Part shown: piece by piece, positions 34,660 through 37,310 of the stretch
Layout of the letters: every line of letters starts with the position of its first letter
How positions within the stretch are numbered: the first letter of the stretch is position 1
Notes under the pieces: generated by a model
Told to the model about the DNA's origin: nothing
Database searches by the model: none
What the model saw: the letters and a program-made list of their open reading frames with translations, nothing else
DNA from: a virus
Lineage: Duplodnaviria > Caudoviricetes
Virus record (IMG/VR): IMGVR_UViG_3300022666_000045
Span: 1-37,310 of that record
DNA length: 37,310 nucleotides
Direction: 5' to 3' (one strand)
Translations under genes and position numbers: made by a program

Positions 34660-35634
34660 ATGACAGACTCAGCAGCAGCAGTAAATGACAAATACGGGCA
34701 GATCATTTACAGCCCGTCGCGGTCGAGCGCTAGTACCGCGCAGTATCTCCAGGAGCGGATCAAAAACAAAGCGTTTGCCGTTCCTCTCGGCATCCGGTCG
34801 CTGGATGATCGTTTCCTTCCGATGGTACGCGGCGAGGTGTGCGCCGTGGTTGGCCGGCCAGGGAATGGCAAGACCGGGTTCATGGTGGCCTGGGCGCGCC
34901 GGCGCAGCGCCTGGCTGCGCGAGAACGGATTTGAAAACCGGGCGGTGGTGTATGTGACTCTGGAACAGACCGTCCAGGAACTGACAGCGTTCTCGATTGC
35001 AGCAGACGCCAGAAAATCGATCAGCGACATGGCGCGGGGCAATATCACGGAGGCCGAGTGGGCGGAGTGTATGCGGGCGGCCGTCACGCGCAGCACCCTG
35101 CCAATGTGGTTGGTAGGATACAGTGCCATGCCTGAGGATAGCTGTTCGCTGCGCATCGACGTTCCCGCCGTGTTCGGCGCGCTGGAGGCCATCCAGGCGC
35201 AGGGCCGGGTGATTGACCTGGTGCTGGTGGACTACCTGCAACGGTTTCCGATGCGGGCCAGTGAAAAAACGATCGATGTCATGAACAACATTGAGTCGCT
35301 CAAAAACATGGCGTTGCAACGACATTGCCCGGTCGTGGTTGGCGTGCAGGCCAGCCGTGAGGTAGACGATCTGTCTGTACCTGTTCCGCAGCCGCAGCAT
35401 TGTCAGTGGTCATCCGGGATCGAGCAGACCGCGGATAAAATCATCTCGCTGATGAGGCCGTCAAAATATTTTGAGGATGGCGAGGCGTTTGGAAAATACG
35501 TCACGCGCGGCAAAAATCAAATCCTGATCACCGTCCTGAAACAGAAACTGGGCGATTCCAATTTTTCACAGATGGCATTTTTCGAACCGGCGTTCAACCG
35601 CCTGGACGATCTGGAAGAGGAACGTAGCAAATGA
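34660..35634 (+). CDS. dnaB: DnaB-like replicative helicase (C-terminal domain only)
   Basis: VVGRPGNGKT, TLEQ, VLVDYLQ, QASR and IEQTAD. Confidence 0.9.
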   Translation: MTDSAAAVNDKYGQIIYSPSRSSASTAQYLQERIKNKAFAVPLGIRSLDDRFLPMVRGEVCAVVGRPGNGKTGFMVAWARRRSAWLRENGFENRAVVYVTLEQTVQELTAFSIAADARKSISDMARGNITEAEWAECMRAAVTRSTLPMWLVGYSAMPEDSCSLRIDVPAVFGALEAIQAQGRVIDLVLVDYLQRFPMRASEKTIDVMNNIESLKNMALQRHCPVVVGVQASREVDDLSVPVPQPQHCQWSSGIEQTADKIISLMRPSKYFEDGEAFGKYVTRGKNQILITVLKQKLGDSNFSQMAFFEPAFNRLDDLEEERSK

Positions 35635-35849
35635 GTATTGCATACGATGTGTACCACGACGGCAAATACAAATACACCGTGCACCTGGATGGTGCGCATA
35701 CCAGCACGCAGCCAGTACGATCACTGGCGCCGCAATTCGTAGCCGAACGCCAGAAAACGCAGATACCGCACGCATCAATCCACGCAAACACGGACAGAGT
35801 AGTGACATTTGTCACTATTATAGCGGTATCGGATGTCGTATCATGGTAG
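35631..35849 (+). CDS. hypothetical protein
   Basis: ATGA coupling to the helicase; its 3' end overlaps a promoter. Confidence 0.45.
   Translation: MSIAYDVYHDGKYKYTVHLDGAHTSTQPVRSLAPQFVAERQKTQIPHASIHANTDRVVTFVTIIAVSDVVSW
35800..35844 (+). promoter_or_regulatory. Promoter with palindrome TAGTGACATTTGTCACTA (35800-35817)
   Basis: Identical to the 32272 box; TATCAT at 35839 has the same spacing. Confidence 0.8.
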
Positions 35850-35863
35850 GTGGAGGTAACAGC

Positions 35864-36046
35864 ATGAACGGAACAACAGAGATAGAAAACGTCAATGGCC
35901 TGCACAAAATTCAGGCCGAACTGGACGATTGCCGGAAAAAACTTGCCATCGCGCTTGAGGCGCTGCACGATATCTCGTCCTGGAATTGCGGTGCTGGAGA
36001 TTTGGCCCGCTGGGCGCTGGAGGATTTGGCGGAGGAAAAGAAATGA
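35864..36046 (+). CDS. hypothetical protein
   Basis: GGAGGT RBS; coupled to the MTase start. Confidence 0.7.
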   Translation: MNGTTEIENVNGLHKIQAELDDCRKKLAIALEALHDISSWNCGAGDLARWALEDLAEEKK

Positions 36047-37310
36047 TCCGCATGGCAGACCTATTCTGCGGCGCGGGTGGCACATCCACCGGAGCCGTTC
36101 ACGCAATCCGAAAACTCGGCCTCGATATCGATCTTACGGCCATCAATCACTGGTCGAAGGCCATCGAGACCCACGCCGCAAATCACCCAGGCGCTCGCCA
36201 CCTGTGCGAGAGCCTGGATAACGTTGACCCCCGAAAATTATTTCCAGGCGGCTATCTCGATCTGCTGGTAGCATCGCCGGAATGCACACACCACAGCATC
36301 GCTCGCGGCGGTCGCCCGATCAATGATCAGTCCAGGGCCTCGGCCTGGCACGTGCTGCGTTGGGCCGAGGCGCTCTACATCGAAAACATCCTGGTCGAGA
36401 ACGTCCCAGAATTTATAACCTGGGGGCCACTCGACAAAGATGGCCGTCCGATCAAGAGCCGTAAGGGCGAGACATTCCTGGCGTTCATCCAGGCGCTGCG
36501 CTCCCTGGGATACAACGTCGAGCACCGGGTGCTGAACGCTGCCGATTACGGCGACCCGACAACCCGCCAGCGGTTGTTCATTCTCGCCCGGCGCAGCAAT
36601 CCGGTCAGGTGGCCGGAGCCAACGCACTCAAGGAGCGGAGATTTGGGCTTCCTCGGAAGCCACCGCCGCTGGAAAGCGGCCCGTGATGTCATCGACTGGA
36701 GCATTCCCGGCGAATCGATCTTCACCAGGAAAAAGCCCCTGGCCGAGAACACCATGCGCCGCATTCGCCGCGGCCTTGAGAGGTTTGGGGGATACCCGTT
36801 CGTCATCGGACAGCAAAGCTGCTCCGCCCCCCGCGGCGTAGACCAGCCCGTGCCGACCGTCGCCGCCGCTGGCGCAATCTCTCTGGTAGAGCCGTTCCTG
36901 GTCGAGTACCACGGCGATGACAGAGGCCGCGAGCGCATCCGCTCGCTGAATGATCCACTACCGACCCAGGACACATCAAACCGATTCGCTCTATGCCAGC
37001 CGTACATCGTCGCCCTGAACCACGGTCAGGACGACTGCCGCTCATACTCGCTCGATGCGCCGATGCCGACTATCACCAGCGTGGACGCCTGGGGCCTGGT
37101 AGAGCCGTTCCTGGTGCGCTACAACGGCACCGGGGCCGCGGTCAGCGTGGATGAGCCAATGCCAACGCTCACCGCCAAAGACCGCTTCGGCTTGGTGATC
37201 CCGCTCACCGATGGCGGGCAGGCTGTGGTAGACATCCGCTTCCGCATGTTGCAGCCGCACGAACTCGCCGCTGCCATGTCGTTTCCCGCGGACTACCGCT
37301 TTGCCGGCAA
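36043..37310 (+). CDS. DNA cytosine-5 methyltransferase, 5' part (continues across the junction to 209; about 449 aa in total; absent from the ORF track)
   Basis: Manual translation from ATG 36043 gives MIRMADLFCGAGG (motif I), VASPECTHHS (motif IV), ILVENVPEF (motif VI) and TTRQRLF (motif VIII). It is in the same frame as 9..209. Confidence 0.93.
   Translation, partial: MIRMADLFCGAGGTSTGAVHAIRKLGLDIDLTAINHWSKAIETHAANHPGARHLCESLDNVDPRKLFPGGYLDLLVASPECTHHSIARGGRPINDQSRASAWHVLRWAEALYIENILVENVPEFITWGPLDKDGRPIKSRKGETFLAFIQALRSLGYNVEHRVLNAADYGDPTTRQRLFILARRSNPVRWPEPTHSRSGDLGFLGSHRRWKAARDVIDWSIPGESIFTRKKPLAENTMRRIRRGLERFGGYPFVIGQQSCSAPRGVDQPVPTVAAAGAISLVEPFLVEYHGDDRGRERIRSLNDPLPTQDTSNRFALCQPYIVALNHGQDDCRSYSLDAPMPTITSVDAWGLVEPFLVRYNGTGAAVSVDEPMPTLTAKDRFGLVIPLTDGGQAVVDIRFRMLQPHELAAAMSFPADYRFAG
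37184..37310. repeat. Terminal direct repeat, copy 2
   Basis: Identical to 1-127. Confidence 0.97.

Noticed and set aside
1-37310. CRISPR array, integrase, transposase or rRNA
   Set aside because: No regularly spaced repeats or catalytic motifs were recognised by eye; a very divergent gene cannot be excluded.

Overview
The window looks like one complete, circularly assembled tailed-phage (siphovirus-type) genome of about 37,183 bp. Bases 1-127 are repeated exactly at 37184-37310, and a C5-cytosine methyltransferase ORF reads in frame across the junction. A long plus-strand block encodes ParB-like and radical SAM proteins, terminases, portal, head, neck, tail (with a -1 frameshifted chaperone) and holin-like proteins. 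A replication block encodes primase, initiator with iterons, and a DnaB-like helicase. Two short minus-strand accessory operons are also present. I could not recognise an integrase, repressor or endolysin. Main points of interest: (1) a 133-bp tape-measure fragment grafted in frame into a minus-strand accessory gene between 46-bp repeats; (2) a GNAT + TGT-like barrel + atypical tRNA cassette; (3) a ParB + cobalamin-type radical SAM pair just before the terminase; (4) glycosyl/methyltransferases inside the capsid operon behind an SD-occluding RNA leader; (5) a CRP-like palindrome at identical spacing upstream of five promoters; (6) a type II hammerhead ribozyme next to an unannotated, very acidic 59-aa ORF; (7) a C4/CI-like RNA switch before the replication initiator. 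All protein calls come from motif recognition by eye, with no database searches.
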